This document shows positions 11,136 to 22,797 of a stretch of 35,001 bases of DNA, piece by piece; position 1 is the stretch's first letter; the number at the start of each line of letters is the position of its first letter. The DNA comes from Octopus bimaculoides. Taxonomy: Eukaryota. Both the position numbers and the translations under genes were made by a program. A model generated the notes under the pieces. That model did not search any database. It saw nothing but the letters and a program-made list of their open reading frames with translations, and was not told the origin of the DNA. Where the stretch lies: positions 144,322,820 through 144,357,820 of the forward strand of contig NC_068981.1 in the NCBI RefSeq assembly GCF_001194135.2. Direction: 5' to 3'.

Positions 11136-12679
11136 ACATACAAATCTATAAAAATATAAACATCTGCGAGAAAATTGTACTTTTGCACGGATCCCCTGTT
11201 GGTATTTGTCCCGTGCCGAAGCCGAATCAAAGAAACATTCTTTGTCAATATTATTCACAAATTGTGATAAAATATACGAGCATCCTCTTCAACTACCTTT
11301 GCGTCTATTAGATCATTAATGCCAATCTAAAACTTTACATTCGTTAGTGTTTAATAACTACATGTATGCACAGCGCACACATATAGTGGATAAACAAAAA
11401 TAAAATGACGTGAAGAGTTATAGGAAGAGAATAAATGTCTTTTTTTATCCCCCTAAATCAGTCTGCTATATCTACCGCATCGCATTTTACTTCCTTTACC
11501 CAGTTTACTCCCTTCACGTTTGAATATGCAACCTTTTGCCAAATTAGATAGTCAAATAGCGGATGTCGATAGAAAGGATAGTGACAGAGTATTTTTTAAT
11601 GGGTACATAAACGATTACAACTTCATCTTAGCTCTCACATTCTACCGAGAGTGTAAAGAATAGGAGGAATTTGTTTGAATTCTGAGTTATCTGTACTAAT
11701 TTGTATCCAAACCTTTCCGCAAGTCTGTAAGATACACGGATGCACCAAATACCCTCAACCACGTCCAAAGCCAAACACCTAACTTTAATATCTTTATACA
11801 CACTGGATCGTCTGACAGAGATATATGCTATATCTAATGGAGGGAACAAACGTCATATGATCCTGTCGCATATCCTTCAACTGTATAACACATTCAACTG
11901 AATCTTCTGATATTTCAAGATTGTTGATCTACAAATATTAAGCTTACTGCTATTCGTACAAAATGTATTTAACCCTGTTCATTTGAGACTACCAAGCAGA
12001 AGAACGAAACCACCTCAAATATATATCTCTTTGCATTCCTCACATGTATAAAGCTCATAGTACCATAACATCAAAGTGGTTACTCCACATCTGTATTGCA
12101 AAAGTACGGGTAAAGCATAATGAGCTTTTGATGTACAGTCGTGGATCTAAGAAATGCTTTCGTTGATTTGCTTAACTGTTTCAGGTGAAGGTTGGATAAA
12201 GTACATTTACTACAAAATCTAGCCCGCAATACAATATCTGATAAAACTGCAATGCAATGAGTAACAGTTTTCCCTAAACTTCTCTGATTCAGTTTTTAAC
12301 CCCCTACACAGCTCAAGATCCACATTGGAAAACAGCTCACGTCTACTGAATAATGCTACTTTCAAACAGGCACCAGATAATATTCAGTAACAGTCACACG
12401 TTTTGTTCTATTTGTTTCTTGTATGGTCTCTGCTACTCCGAACCGCTACTATATATACTTTCCACCAAAATCCTCACTTCATTCTCCTCCCTCAAACATA
12501 TTTAGTGTGTTTCACTCTCAATTCAGAATCCACTTTGAACATTTATCCCTCTCCTTCTGTCCTAGAAGATGAGAATTCTCTCCTGGCAACGTTTTCCTCT
12601 TAAAAATTAATCGCAGATATTCAGTCGGTTTGGAAAGTGTCCATAATGATCACGGGCTCTGTCCGCCATTCCTTGACAA

Positions 12680-12682
<3 letters not shown>

Positions 12683-12755
<73 letters not shown>

Positions 12756-12800
12756 CATACATACACGCGTGTGTGTCTGTGTGTGTGTGAGTGTGTGTGT
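12683..12800. repeat. Compound (TA)n/(CATA)n/(TG)n microsatellite
   Basis: Direct reading. Confidence 0.95.
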
Positions 12801-13364
12801 TACGCATTCAAGAAAACTATCCCTGTTGAAACTATGATATATGTTAGAGACTCCCTTAATTTATTGTTATTTCAATTTACAAAAATATAGAAATGTTATG
12901 AAATTTAATTTCTGATATCTGATATTGAGGACGAGAAATTAATTTGAATTGATTCATAGATGATGTGGAAAATGAAGTTTAGCTCTATATCATTTAATTA
13001 TTTCCTGAATTCACTGTTATAATTATTATATTATACACCGTGTTATGCATATACATTTTGATAATATGTTTGAATATGATACGAACTAATAGAGAACATG
13101 ATCGCTCAGCATGCTAGAAACAAGAGTCAAACCTCCTCCAAATGACAACATGTTGAAATTACACTGTAGATAATCTGATTCTAGATACCTGTAAAAAGAC
13201 GGTTAATCACAGTTAGAATAACTTTTCTAGTAAGTCTGTTTATAGTTAACCTGGCGCTACTCAATTTCAGCAATAACATTGTCAATGATTTTACTGATAA
13301 TATAAATTTCAATTTCAGATAGGAAAGAGTAACATGCTCATTGATAAAATATTAACCACATATA

Positions 13365-13682
13365 GGCGCAGGCGTGGTTGTCTGAGAAAAAGCTTGCTTC
13401 CCAGCCGCATGGTACTGGGTTATCCCACTGCGTGGCAACTTGGGCAGGTGTCTTCTACAATAGCCTCGGGCCGACCAAAGCTTTGTGAGTGGATTTTATA
13501 GACAGAAACTGAAAGAAGCCTGTCGTATATAAAAGTGCGTCTGTGTTTGTCATGTTTGTCTATGTTTGTGTGTTTTCATCCAGTCGGGGTCGACAAAATA
13601 AGTACCAGTTGAGCACTGAGTTGATGTTATCGACTTAACCCCTCCTCCGAACTTGCTAGTCGCGTGCCAAAATTAGAATGAT
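13365..13682 (+). mobile_element. Chimeric SINE: family A head (CORE-like GTGGCAACTTGGGCAGGTG) with family B tail
   Basis: 5' half matches 27143-27300; 3' half TCATCCAGTCGGGGTCGACAAAATAAGTACCAGTTGAGCACTG..GTGCCAAAATT matches the reverse complement of 16261-16380. Confidence 0.8.
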
Positions 13683-13789
13683 TAGGATGCCCGTAAAGTA
13701 CAGGTATGAGTTAGGCGATTTTAAAATAATCGTACAATGGATTCTGTACTAAATAAATTTGGAAACCCTAATTGTATCCATTTGTGTTT

Positions 13790-13995
13790 TCTATGCTCCG
13801 AGTTCAACTTTACCTTTTATACCCCGCTTTATTTGGTGGGGAGATGAGAAATAAATAAAACGCCTATCCAAAACCGGGGTGGTTTTTCCTCTTCTCTTCT
13901 TATGTCTTGTAATCAGATACGTCAAAAGAGTCAAGAAATGAGCCCCATGAATCTTCCCCCTATTACTCAGTGAACTCCCGAATAAAAATAAAATG
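13790..13995 (+). mobile_element. Possible isolated 3' UTR of an L1/Tx1-type element
   Basis: G/C hairpin, pyrimidine tract, then AATAAAAATAAAA; layout resembles the 3' ends at 14944 and 17593; no coding evidence. Confidence 0.3.
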
Positions 13996-14943
13996 AGAAA
14001 ACCTGTTGCTTTTTATTGTATTAAGATATGGTTTATAATATGTAATGTCCATAACCACCATACACTGTAAGTGTCAATGCATATGACGGAATACAAAACT
14101 TAAAATTCTTCCCCTAGCAAGATATCACTTTAAACATCGAATATAAAATTTGAACCATAACATTCTGTAGTTCAAAGTGTCACCGCGTTGGGGAAATAGC
14201 TTAAAACCCCGTATAACTACTGTAGTTCTTCTGCACAAAATTTTCACCTGTAACTTAAAAGATTTATTTGGGAAACTGGAATATTAGTTAAGATTAATTG
14301 AAATAATAAAACTATCGATCATAAACAAATACGTTAAATGAAATACGTTCAGAACGTACTATGATATTTATATTGTATTCATAATTTATTTTCCTTTACT
14401 CTGCTATCTACAAAGAGTTATCCAATTATAAATCATTTTACAGAACAATCAGAAAAACAAGTTGCCATAGTACCGATTAGGAGTAAATGTTTCATCGTAG
14501 AAAGTAGCTATACTAAATACAAGTTTAGATAATATAAGAAGGCTACTGTAGCCTCATATTTATAACAGAATTTAAATGGGTGCAGCTGACATTGACTATT
14601 TGCATTGCACTAGCCAAGATATAAAACCAAAAATGTTTTTCATAAAAATAACCAGATTTGCTTCATATACTATCATATTTATCTTCTTTCACTTATGTGA
14701 ATATATATTGAAGAAAATTAAGATATTGGAATGCATAAATAAAAAATTACGTTTTATCTAGAAAAAAAAAGTAAGAAAATGTATTCGGTTTTTGATTACC
14801 TACATAATATTAATGAAAAATATTAAAGAAAAAGATAATCTGGACAGGAATAATTTAGCATATAAAATATTTGTGTATCCGCATACTGTCGACGATATAA
14901 TCCTGTAAAATCCACACGGTCGTCAATATAATCCTGTAACGCT

Positions 14944-16015
14944 ATTTCTTTATTACCCATAAAAAGGCTATACAAAGATGCTTGACGATACAAGCCAACA
15001 CAACATAAGGACAGTAGAAAACATAAACTTGGGGAACTAAAATAACAAAAAGGGGGTATCGAGTAAGAAGAAAAATAAAAGAAAACGAATATTATGAAAG
15101 AATGACAAGATAAGGCGCAATACCCACTCGACCCCCGAAATCGAGTGGTTACATTAATGCATGATTTTTACAGTCTTTTCTCTTTTTCATTTCTAACATT
15201 AGAAGTTCACATTAATACATGATTTTAGAGTTTTTTCTCTTTTTTATTTTTAAAATTAAATGTTCACCTGTTCAATTTTCCTTCTTATATCCTCATACTC
15301 CACCACAAACGGCGGAGTGTCACACAACCATATCACGTCTAAAACACCTCTGTCATCTGCGCCAAATTCCTCTCGCCACTCCCTTCCACTATGCTATTCT
15401 TTTCTCCACCTCTGCACTTTTTTCGTAAATTATCAGCATACCCTTATAATTTCATTCTTCTTCAGTTGTTGCTATTTTCACCGCTTGCGTACTTTTAGGC
15501 TTAAGTTGTTCGTTACCTTTTTGTGGCTTCTTGGTTTCTGTTGAATGTCTCTTGCCTTTGCTTTTTTCTTCTTTTGGGGCTGATAAAGCCGTCACTCCCC
15601 TCTTTTCACCTTGATCCTTTCCTTCTCCTTTATATCGCTGGCGCGCTCAGCATCACCACTATTCTCTCTCGTTTCTATTTTCTTTTCCATCTCCTTTTCT
15701 TTTTCCTGTTCCTCCTCATTTCCACTCAGCATAAATTCAGACAAGGGGCACGGAGCCTTCATATGGCCCCGTGTTCCGCAAATGTAACAATTGGGACGTC
15801 TTCCCTCTACCACTACACTCAGCCTTCCTCCTTTCTCAATCTCAATCTGGTAGGGGATTCGGTCAATGTCATCGAATGTGACAAAAAGCCACATTTCCAC
15901 TTAGATACCCAACTTCAGTTTTGTGATAATCTCATGCCTAGAATACCTTTGAACACAAATCTACTCGAAGAGATCTCAAGCGCAGTAGCCAATCATAGTT
16001 CACCTATCTTCTGAT
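14944..16015 (-). mobile_element. 5'-truncated L1/Tx1-type unit, copy 2: 3' half of ORF1 joined directly to a 3' UTR, no ORF2
   Basis: IPYQIEIEKGGRLSVVVEGRRPNCYICGTRGHMKAPC (CCHC 15748-15789), charged linker, short C-terminal domain, then TTTATGGGTAATAAAGAAAT ending at 14944. Confidence 0.75.
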
Positions 16016-16049
16016 CATAATCTGTTTAAATTAAAGAAGTAATAATTGC

Positions 16050-16247
16050 TAATAATTTAGGTACAAAGCAAGTAGTTTTGAGGAGAGAGGTCAGGCTATA
16101 CTTTCGACTCCAGTAATTAGTTGGAACCTTGTTTAATCTACCCCGTAGGGATGAAAAGCAAAGTTGATTTCTGCGGGATATGTACTTGGAACGTAAAGAG
16201 TCAGGACAAATGTCTCACGCTCTAATGACTCTGCCAGTTCAACGCTC
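16050..16247 (-). mobile_element. Family B tRNA-SINE, old copy 1 of a tandem stack
   Basis: Diverged match to 16261-16479. Confidence 0.65.
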
Positions 16248-16260
16248 TATATAAGTAATA

Positions 16261-16479
16261 ATATTGGTTTCAAAATTTTGGCACAAGGCCAGCAATTTCA
16301 AGGGAGGGAGTAAGTCTATTACATCGACCACAGTGATCAATTGGTTCTTATTTTATTGACTCGAAAGAATGAAAGGCAAAGTCGACCGCGGCAGAATTTG
16401 AACTCAGAACTTAAAGACGGACGAAATACCGCTAAGCATTTTGCCCGGAGTTCTAACGATTCTGCCAGCTCACCGCCTT
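16261..16479 (-). mobile_element. Family B tRNA-SINE, best-preserved copy 2 of the stack
   Basis: Reverse complement AAGGCGGTGAGCTGGCAGAATCGTTAG..GAGTTCAAATTCTGCCGCGGTCGACTTTGCCTTTCATTC..GGCCTTGTGCCAAAATTTTGAAACC; Pol III A/B-box-like head. Confidence 0.9.
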
Positions 16480-16494
16480 AAAATAAGTAATAAT

Positions 16495-16620
16495 CTTTTC
16501 TATTAAAGGCACAAGTCCTGAAATTTGGGGGAGAGGTGAAGTCGATTACATCGACCCCAGTACTTAACTGGTATTTATTTCATCGACCCTGAAAGGATGA
16601 AAGGTAAAGTCGGAATTTGA
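16495..16620 (-). mobile_element. Family B SINE, 5'-truncated copy 3 of the stack
   Basis: GTCGATTACATCGACCCCAGTACTTAACTGGTATTTATTTCATCGACCCTGAAAGGATGAAAGGTAAAGTC core. Confidence 0.8.
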
Positions 16621-16637
16621 AAAATAAGTAACGATAA

Positions 16638-16843
16638 TGATTTCAAATTTTGATAAAAGGTCGATGAATTTAGGGGAGAGTGTTAGTCGATTATAATGAC
16701 CCCAATGCTCAATTTATACTTATTTTAAAGACCCGAATGGAATAATGGCGCCAGCGGAATTTGAATTCAGAACATAAAGAGCTCGAAGAAATAATGCTAA
16801 GCCTTTTCTCGGTATGCGAACAATTTTGCCAGCTCGCCTTCTT
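16638..16843 (-). mobile_element. Family B SINE, copy 4 of the stack
   Basis: Diverged full-length match to 16261-16479. Confidence 0.75.
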
Positions 16844-17029
16844 TAAATAAGTAATAATAATGAAAAAATATTTAGTTTCAATGATTTATGCAATCTGTCC
16901 TTTACATAAATGATTTGTAATGAAATAGGCGATCAAGGTTAATACGACAAAACTAGTTACATAACTATTCATTCGGTAACATCAAATAAAATCATTCATT
17001 ACCGAGGTGCGCGGCAAGATGATTATGTT

Positions 17030-17138
17030 GACAGTTCTAAAGGGGTCGATAAAATAAATACCAGTTGAACACTGAAGTTGATGTAATGGACTACCCCTCT
17101 CCTCCAAACTTCCAGACTTTGCACGTATAGTAGAAAGT
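17030..17138 (+). mobile_element. Family B SINE 3' fragment
   Basis: GGGGTCGATAAAATAAATACCAGTTGAACACTG core. Confidence 0.7.
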
Positions 17139-17464
17139 ATTTCGTAAATCTTACCTCACGAGAATGTATTACCTTCAATGTTCGTCTGAAATAGTAATCG
17201 AAAAATCACTATGTATATGTTAAAGGTAGCAAGAGTAATTTAGAATATGAATAATTTGGAGATGCCATCTGCAGGAAACACTATAGTTTCTTTCGTATTT
17301 TCCTCATCGGATAAGTTCTCATCGGATAATTTATCTGGTTAGCTTCATAATGTTCCCTTTATTAAATACGTGGACAACAACTTCACTTTTTCTTGTGCAA
17401 GATGGTATTTCTGAAGTATTTTCTAATAACAAATTTATACTGAATAGTATTACGGTACTTTATT

Positions 17465-17592
17465 GCTGCTTTATTTTATCGACCCCGGAGAGTCGAAATG
17501 AAAAGTTGATTCCGGCAAAATTTGAACTCAGAACATAAAGAGCCGAGAGAAATGCTGTTAAGCATTTTGTCCAAAATGCTGATGACTATACC
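17465..17592 (-). mobile_element. Family B SINE split by the 17593-18844 insertion; the rest of its head lies at ~18845-18875
   Basis: TTATTTTATCGACCCC..AATTTGAACTCAGAAC..AAGCATTTTGTCC, interrupted at a duplicated 15-mer. Confidence 0.7.
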
Positions 17593-18844
17593 TTGTTTCT
17601 TTATTGCCCACAAGGGGCCAACGAAGAGGGGACAATACAAGGACATGTGGGGACATAGAAGAAACAAAAAGTAAAAAAAAAAACAACACAAAAACGTATG
17701 TTACAAGATGAATGATAAATGAAAATGGAATGAAGTTCTTCAGCCCCCACCTCTGAGTCGCTTCATTTATACCTTTTAGTCACTTTTTATACTTCGTACC
17801 TGTCAGTATATCGAACTTGTACTCCAACAACCGTACGTACGTCAATTGCCGCGGCAATTTGTCTATGTCCAAGTCAATTCCCAAATTTTGTATTCGCTTT
17901 TAAACTGATTTTATTACTTTTGTTCTTCGTTCAATTAGAGACCGCAATACCATCCTTGAACGTTATTATATTTATTTGTTTCAACTGCTCTGATATCTTT
18001 CCATGTTTTAATCTCTTCGGACAGTTTTCTGTCGTACATTAATGCGTAATGATTCTTTTTCTTTTTTTCCTGAGGTGGGGAAGTTTGAAAGCTTGTGGCT
18101 GTATGCGATCTTTTGTGTCAGAGAGGGATGGGAAGGTTCAGCGTCCGTAGGGGAGGGTGGGAAGAAAAGGGTGTGTGTGGGTGTTGGGTGGTTGTGAGGT
18201 GGGGGTTTTGTGTCTGTTTTGCTTGGCTTTTTTCCTTTCCATTTTATTTTCTTTCCGATTGTTTCCCATTCGCTAACTGATTCGTTCCCATTTTCTTCTG
18301 TTTCTGCTGGTGGTATTACCTCCTTTTTTCTTGTCTGTTCTTCCTTTGACTCTTCCGACTTTTTGGGCTGCGAAGGGCAGTCCACTCTAATGTGACCTTT
18401 CAGGCCACACTTGGGGGGTCAATTCCACATTGAAATCCTTCGTGCCTCATCATTTTCATACAATTTCTCCATTCTTCCCATTCGATTTGATATTCCTTAC
18501 ACTTTTAAACTTTGCAATTTCTGCGAAGCTTTTGTTCTCTCTTATCCGTTCTTCATTCAGTTTCTTTATCGTGCTCCACGAAATCTCTGATGACGACGAC
18601 TGCTGACACTGTTCAGACAAGGACAGCTCTGAGTAGTTGTTATATTCTTCTTCTGACATCTGTTTTATTCGGCCTACTCTCCTCTATGAGGAGGGAAAGC
18701 ACAAACAAACTGTCACAAGGCAGCACAAACAAAAGTGTTCCTTGAACACTACAACAATTAAACAACAGTAAATTAAAGAGCAATATAACGCCAGCAAATA
18801 ATACAACTTTAACTCACCAAATTTTTTCTACTACTACTGACCTC
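17593..18844 (-). mobile_element. Complete TSD-flanked L1/Tx1-type unit, copy 3: 5' UTR, internally deleted ORF1, 3' UTR with AATAAA, no ORF2
   Basis: TSD GCTGATGACTATACC (17578-17592) / GCTAATGACTATACC (18845-18859); ATG at 18659; KCGLKGHIRVDCP knuckle (18377-18409); ends CTTGTGGGCAATAAAGAAAC. Confidence 0.8.
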
Positions 18845-18929
18845 GCTAATGACTATACCTGCTTGCTACCTTGATGTAATGAATAAAAATAAAGTTTGAA
18901 ATGTTTGCACGAGACCAGCAATTTTAGGA

Positions 18930-21025
18930 GGAGCGTTCTCATTCCCAAAGATTGGTGGAGTGCTCTTGTTTTGGGAACTCGTGCCTTGCTAATGGTCACC
19001 ACTTTTATATCAATTGATCTGAGTTTGTTGAGGAGGTGGGTCTGTTTCCAAGGTGACTCCAGCTCATGTGCATTCAGATTGTCTATTTCAGATCAGTGAA
19101 AAAGACCACTTACATTATTCCTATGAAGAGACCGTTTTTCTGTTCTTTCGACTAATTGTGGAGGTTTCTACGAGTAGATTTTTAGGATATTATTTTGTTC
19201 ATATCCTCGGAAATCTGTCGTTCCCTCGGGATATTTCATCATCTGTGTGTTGTATGTGTATTTTTCTGTTTTCAGAATTTGTGTGTGAGTTGGTGTCATG
19301 TGATGGTGTCACATAGTCATTGTCCTTAATGTATATTTATTGATATATGTATTTTATTAATTCTTTATTGTTTGTGTCTATATCCACGTAGCTGATGTTT
19401 TTCTTTTGTTCGGTTTGTGTATGCTGTTCTCATTGTTGCTGTGAGTGTGAATTAGGTTGCTTTTGTATTTAAGGTGTTGGTGGTCTTAATGGTGTTTGTG
19501 GTGATGGAGATGTCTCTGGTGATGATGATGGTGGTGGTTGTAGTGGAGTTGATGTTGGTATTTTTGTAAGACATGTTGCTTTTAGTTTTCTCCTTCCAGC
19601 TCTTTGTGTGGATGAGTTACATTTTTTTAATTCTCATATTAAGGGGACGTTTTTCCATTCTTTGTCGCCACCTTCACATAGCGGAATATCCGAAGTAGAG
19701 TGAGGCATGTACTGTTGTCCTGTGTTGGTGCTGGGGGAGGGGTCCTGCTGTTGATATTGTTTTTGTTGTTAGTGTCGAGATCTTTCTAGAAGTTGGGTGT
19801 TTTGGTTTCGTTGCTGTTCCTACCATTGATGTTATAGCTGTTTTTGTCGATGATGTCTTTGAATCCTCTACTGCTGTTGTTGTGGTCTCAGTAGTTGTCG
19901 CCGCTATTCGTGTGTTTGTCATCTGTAAAAACTCTGGACACTTTATCTGTGGCATTTTACCAATGCCACAAATATAGTACCCACAAAGTCTTGTTTCTTC
20001 TGTGTTTTTACGATGATAGAAAGTCTTTAAATGAGTCATACTTCCGCATGTTTGAAATCTTGGCTTTCTTCCCTCAACTGTCACAGATACATGGGTACTA
20101 TCAACAAAGTTGATCGGGTAGTATGTTTTCGATATTTTTCAGGATTTGTATGGTCAGTTACATACTTATTCCTGACTTATTTTGCTTTGGTATTTTATTG
20201 ACATTCAGGATAATTTCATCTTCCTCTATATCTGCCAAAACCGCCATCAAACAAATGATTATTTCTGTCAGCACGTTTATAATCTCAATCTTTCTCGACG
20301 CTGGCCGCGATAGAATGATATTAAACAGAGTCCCTCATTCACCAGTGTGGCTGTGGAATGAAATCTTGCCTCTATTTCTGTTTCAAATCTCACTTCAACT
20401 GTACCATACTTTTTTCCCCGCACGATGTGGGTCTCGTGTTTCTTCATGCGCCAAAACACTTTTGCATTTGGACTTCACTTGCATTTTCTGTCCGACACGA
20501 TTTTGTTCCGATGCAGCGATATATTATTGTGTATCATTACATGCTTTCTATTACGCCAAATGATGGTTTTAGAGTTATTTGTCATCCATTTTTCTTTTTT
20601 ACAGTTTGTCTAGTTAGTTCTAAATCATCTTGGTTTAGATAGAATTTTTCTATATCTCTTTAGGCGCTTGCAAAGGAACTTACCTTTCGCAGTTGTCTTG
20701 CTGTACACGTTGTTGTTAGTGCCTACGTAATAGCGAAATATTTGCCTCTGTGTTTCTGTTGGCGGTTGCAGTGATGTTGTTTCTTTTTACTCGTAGAGAA
20801 ATCCCGCCTGTTGAGGTGGTGTTAGTGACGACCTTGACGGAGACAGAGATTGCATTTCTTTCATCTTTCAAAATTGTCGTTTTCGCTTTTTATCTCACTT
20901 GTAGTTGTTGTTATTCACTTGTTTTTGTTGATGTTTCGATCGGCATTTGTAGAGGCAATGTTGGTGTTTGCAGTGGTGTTCTATTTTAAGAGTGAGAACG
21001 CGGCATTTAAAACGCTCTCCCATTT
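18930..21025 (-). mobile_element. L1/Tx1-clade LINE 5' part, copy 4: decayed ORF1 followed by the N-terminus of the ORF2 AP endonuclease
   Basis: GKKYGTVEVRFETEIEARFHSTATLVNEGLCLISFYRGQR and TVEGRKPRFQTCGSMTHLK align to copy 1; at ~18960-19095 NLNAHELESPWKQTHLLNKLRSIDIKVVTISKAR resembles the APE start (LNxRGL..ETR). Confidence 0.7.
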
Positions 21026-21040
21026 AACAACAACAACAAC

Positions 21041-21088
<48 letters not shown>
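21026..21088. repeat. (AAC)n(AAT)n microsatellite separating two divergently oriented LINEs
   Basis: Direct reading. Confidence 0.95.
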
Positions 21089-21090
<2 letters not shown>

Positions 21091-22076
21091 AATGTTATTT
21101 TGTAAAGTCAACCAAAGTAAAGAGAATACCGTAAGCGAATATTAGCTCTGTGGGAGTAAGAACTGAAGAAATGAATATTTGACAAACAATGTCAAATATT
21201 CGGAGTGAAATCCACCGAGGCAAAGAACAAGATATAATAGTGAAGAACAGAAAGATGTTGAAGTTGCTGAGTTAACCGAGGTGGAAGATAACGATGTTGA
21301 AAGTGATGTCGGCATAAACATAAGCACAGCTTCAAGTGAACATACAAAGTTAACTGAGGAATCCAACATATTAGAACAAACAAAGGAAGTAATGGAAAAG
21401 CAACCTTCGCTACAACCACAACACCTACGAAACTCTGATTGGAATAGAAAGTGTAGTGTCGGGAATAAGCATAATATATAAACATAGCTAAAAAAAAAGC
21501 TGATTAAAACAGGAGAAATTGTAGTGGAAATAAATGTTTGGCGAAAAGAAAAGCAAAAACGGAAAAAAAGGAGAAAGATATATTCTGGAAGCAGAGGACA
21601 GAGGGAAATAGACCAATTATGAAAAGACACAGGACTTCTTGAATGGTGGGAAAATGGTAACTAATAGTAAAACAGTTAGAAAAACCGACTGAACCAGCTG
21701 TACAAATGATGAAGTTTCAAGACAGTTACCGAAGAATTGAGAGAACTCATAAAAGCAAAAGCTGCTGTAGTAACACGAGACACTGAATAAAACAGAACAA
21801 AGAAAATAGGTTGTTCCGATGCGATCAAGTTTTACAAAGAATTGGACAAGCAAGAGACACGAGAGAAATCGAGAAAATTCTGGGCTAGTATTTGGGAAAG
21901 GGAATAAGTTCACATTGAGAAAGTAGAATAGATTGAGGAAGTTGCAGCAAAATTGCATAATGAAAAGCTACGAAATATTTATTTCAAAAAAAAGCAATGG
22001 TCGAAAATAAGATAAACATGATGGCCAATCGGAAAGCTTCTGGATCCTGAGGATTTTGGATAAAATCTTTCAAGTA

Positions 22077-22372
22077 CAGGGTGGAGCAGAGAGGACGGAT
22101 GTTTTTAAAAATTTCACAAAATCATTAATTTTAGCTGCACATAAATTTTATTAACATCAATGTGTTTGTATTGAATTAGCATTTGTCAAAATCAAGTGTA
22201 AAAAAGACAATATCCATTATGTGGTGTCCGTCTTCATTGATGCATTTCTGAAGGCGTTCTTGGAAGTTGTTCTCGACTCTCTCTAGCATTGATCCGTCGA
22301 TTTGGGCGACGCCCACGCGAATAGCTTCCTTCAAATCGTCCAATGTACGGGGCTTATGCGCATACACACGCG
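22077..22372 (-). mobile_element. Tc1/mariner-superfamily transposon 3' end: transposase C-terminus plus one TIR
   Basis: YAHKPRTLDDLKEAIRVGVAQIDGSMLERVENNFQERLQKCINEDGHH; terminus TA|CAGGGTGGAGCAGAG at 22075-22091. Confidence 0.8.
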
Positions 22373-22549
22373 TATTACTCTGCGGGATTGCAAGTCATCT
22401 TAATGAACGCATCGAAAATAGAAGTGTTCCTGAATGGATAACATCCGGTATTATATACGTTTTGGTGATAAATATTGATGAAGCTAATGAGGCCGGCACC
22501 TACAGATCTATCACATGTCTCTCTCTATTGCAGAAGAATTATACATATA

Positions 22550-22797
22550 GGTGCAGGCGTGCCTGCGTGGTAGGAAGCTTGCAGAGTTCAGTCCCACGGC
22601 GTGGCACCTTGGGTAGGTGTGTTTTACTATAGCTTCGTGCCGATCAAAGCTTTGTGAGTTGATTTCGTAGATGAAATTAAAAGCTTATCATGCATATATG
22701 TGTGTGTGTGTATGTGTGTGTGAGATTCTTCAAGGCGGTGCCCCAGCATGGCCATAGTCTAATGTCTGAAACAAGTAAAAGATAAATGATAAAAGAA
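22550..22797 (+). mobile_element. Family A SINE with internal deletions, nested in the R4-like LINE
   Basis: GGTGCAGGCGTG..GTTCAGTCCCACGGCGTGGCACCTTGGG.. and tail GGCGGTGCCCCAGCATGGCC..CTGAAACAAGTAAAAG. Confidence 0.8.

Noticed and set aside
11161-11205. Peptide HLRENCTFARIPCWY resembling a TRAF-type zinc finger
   Set aside because: Motif does not continue, there is an upstream stop and no splice acceptor; probably chance.
12250-12680. Possible ancient L1 ORF2 C-terminal zinc finger (minus) or RT motif (plus)
   Set aside because: Needs many substitutions and frameshifts, and the two strand readings conflict; a TBLASTX search would be required.
17844-17859. Perfect 16-bp palindrome AATTGCCGCGGCAATT
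   Set aside because: About 0.5 such palindromes are expected by chance in 35 kb under equal base frequencies.
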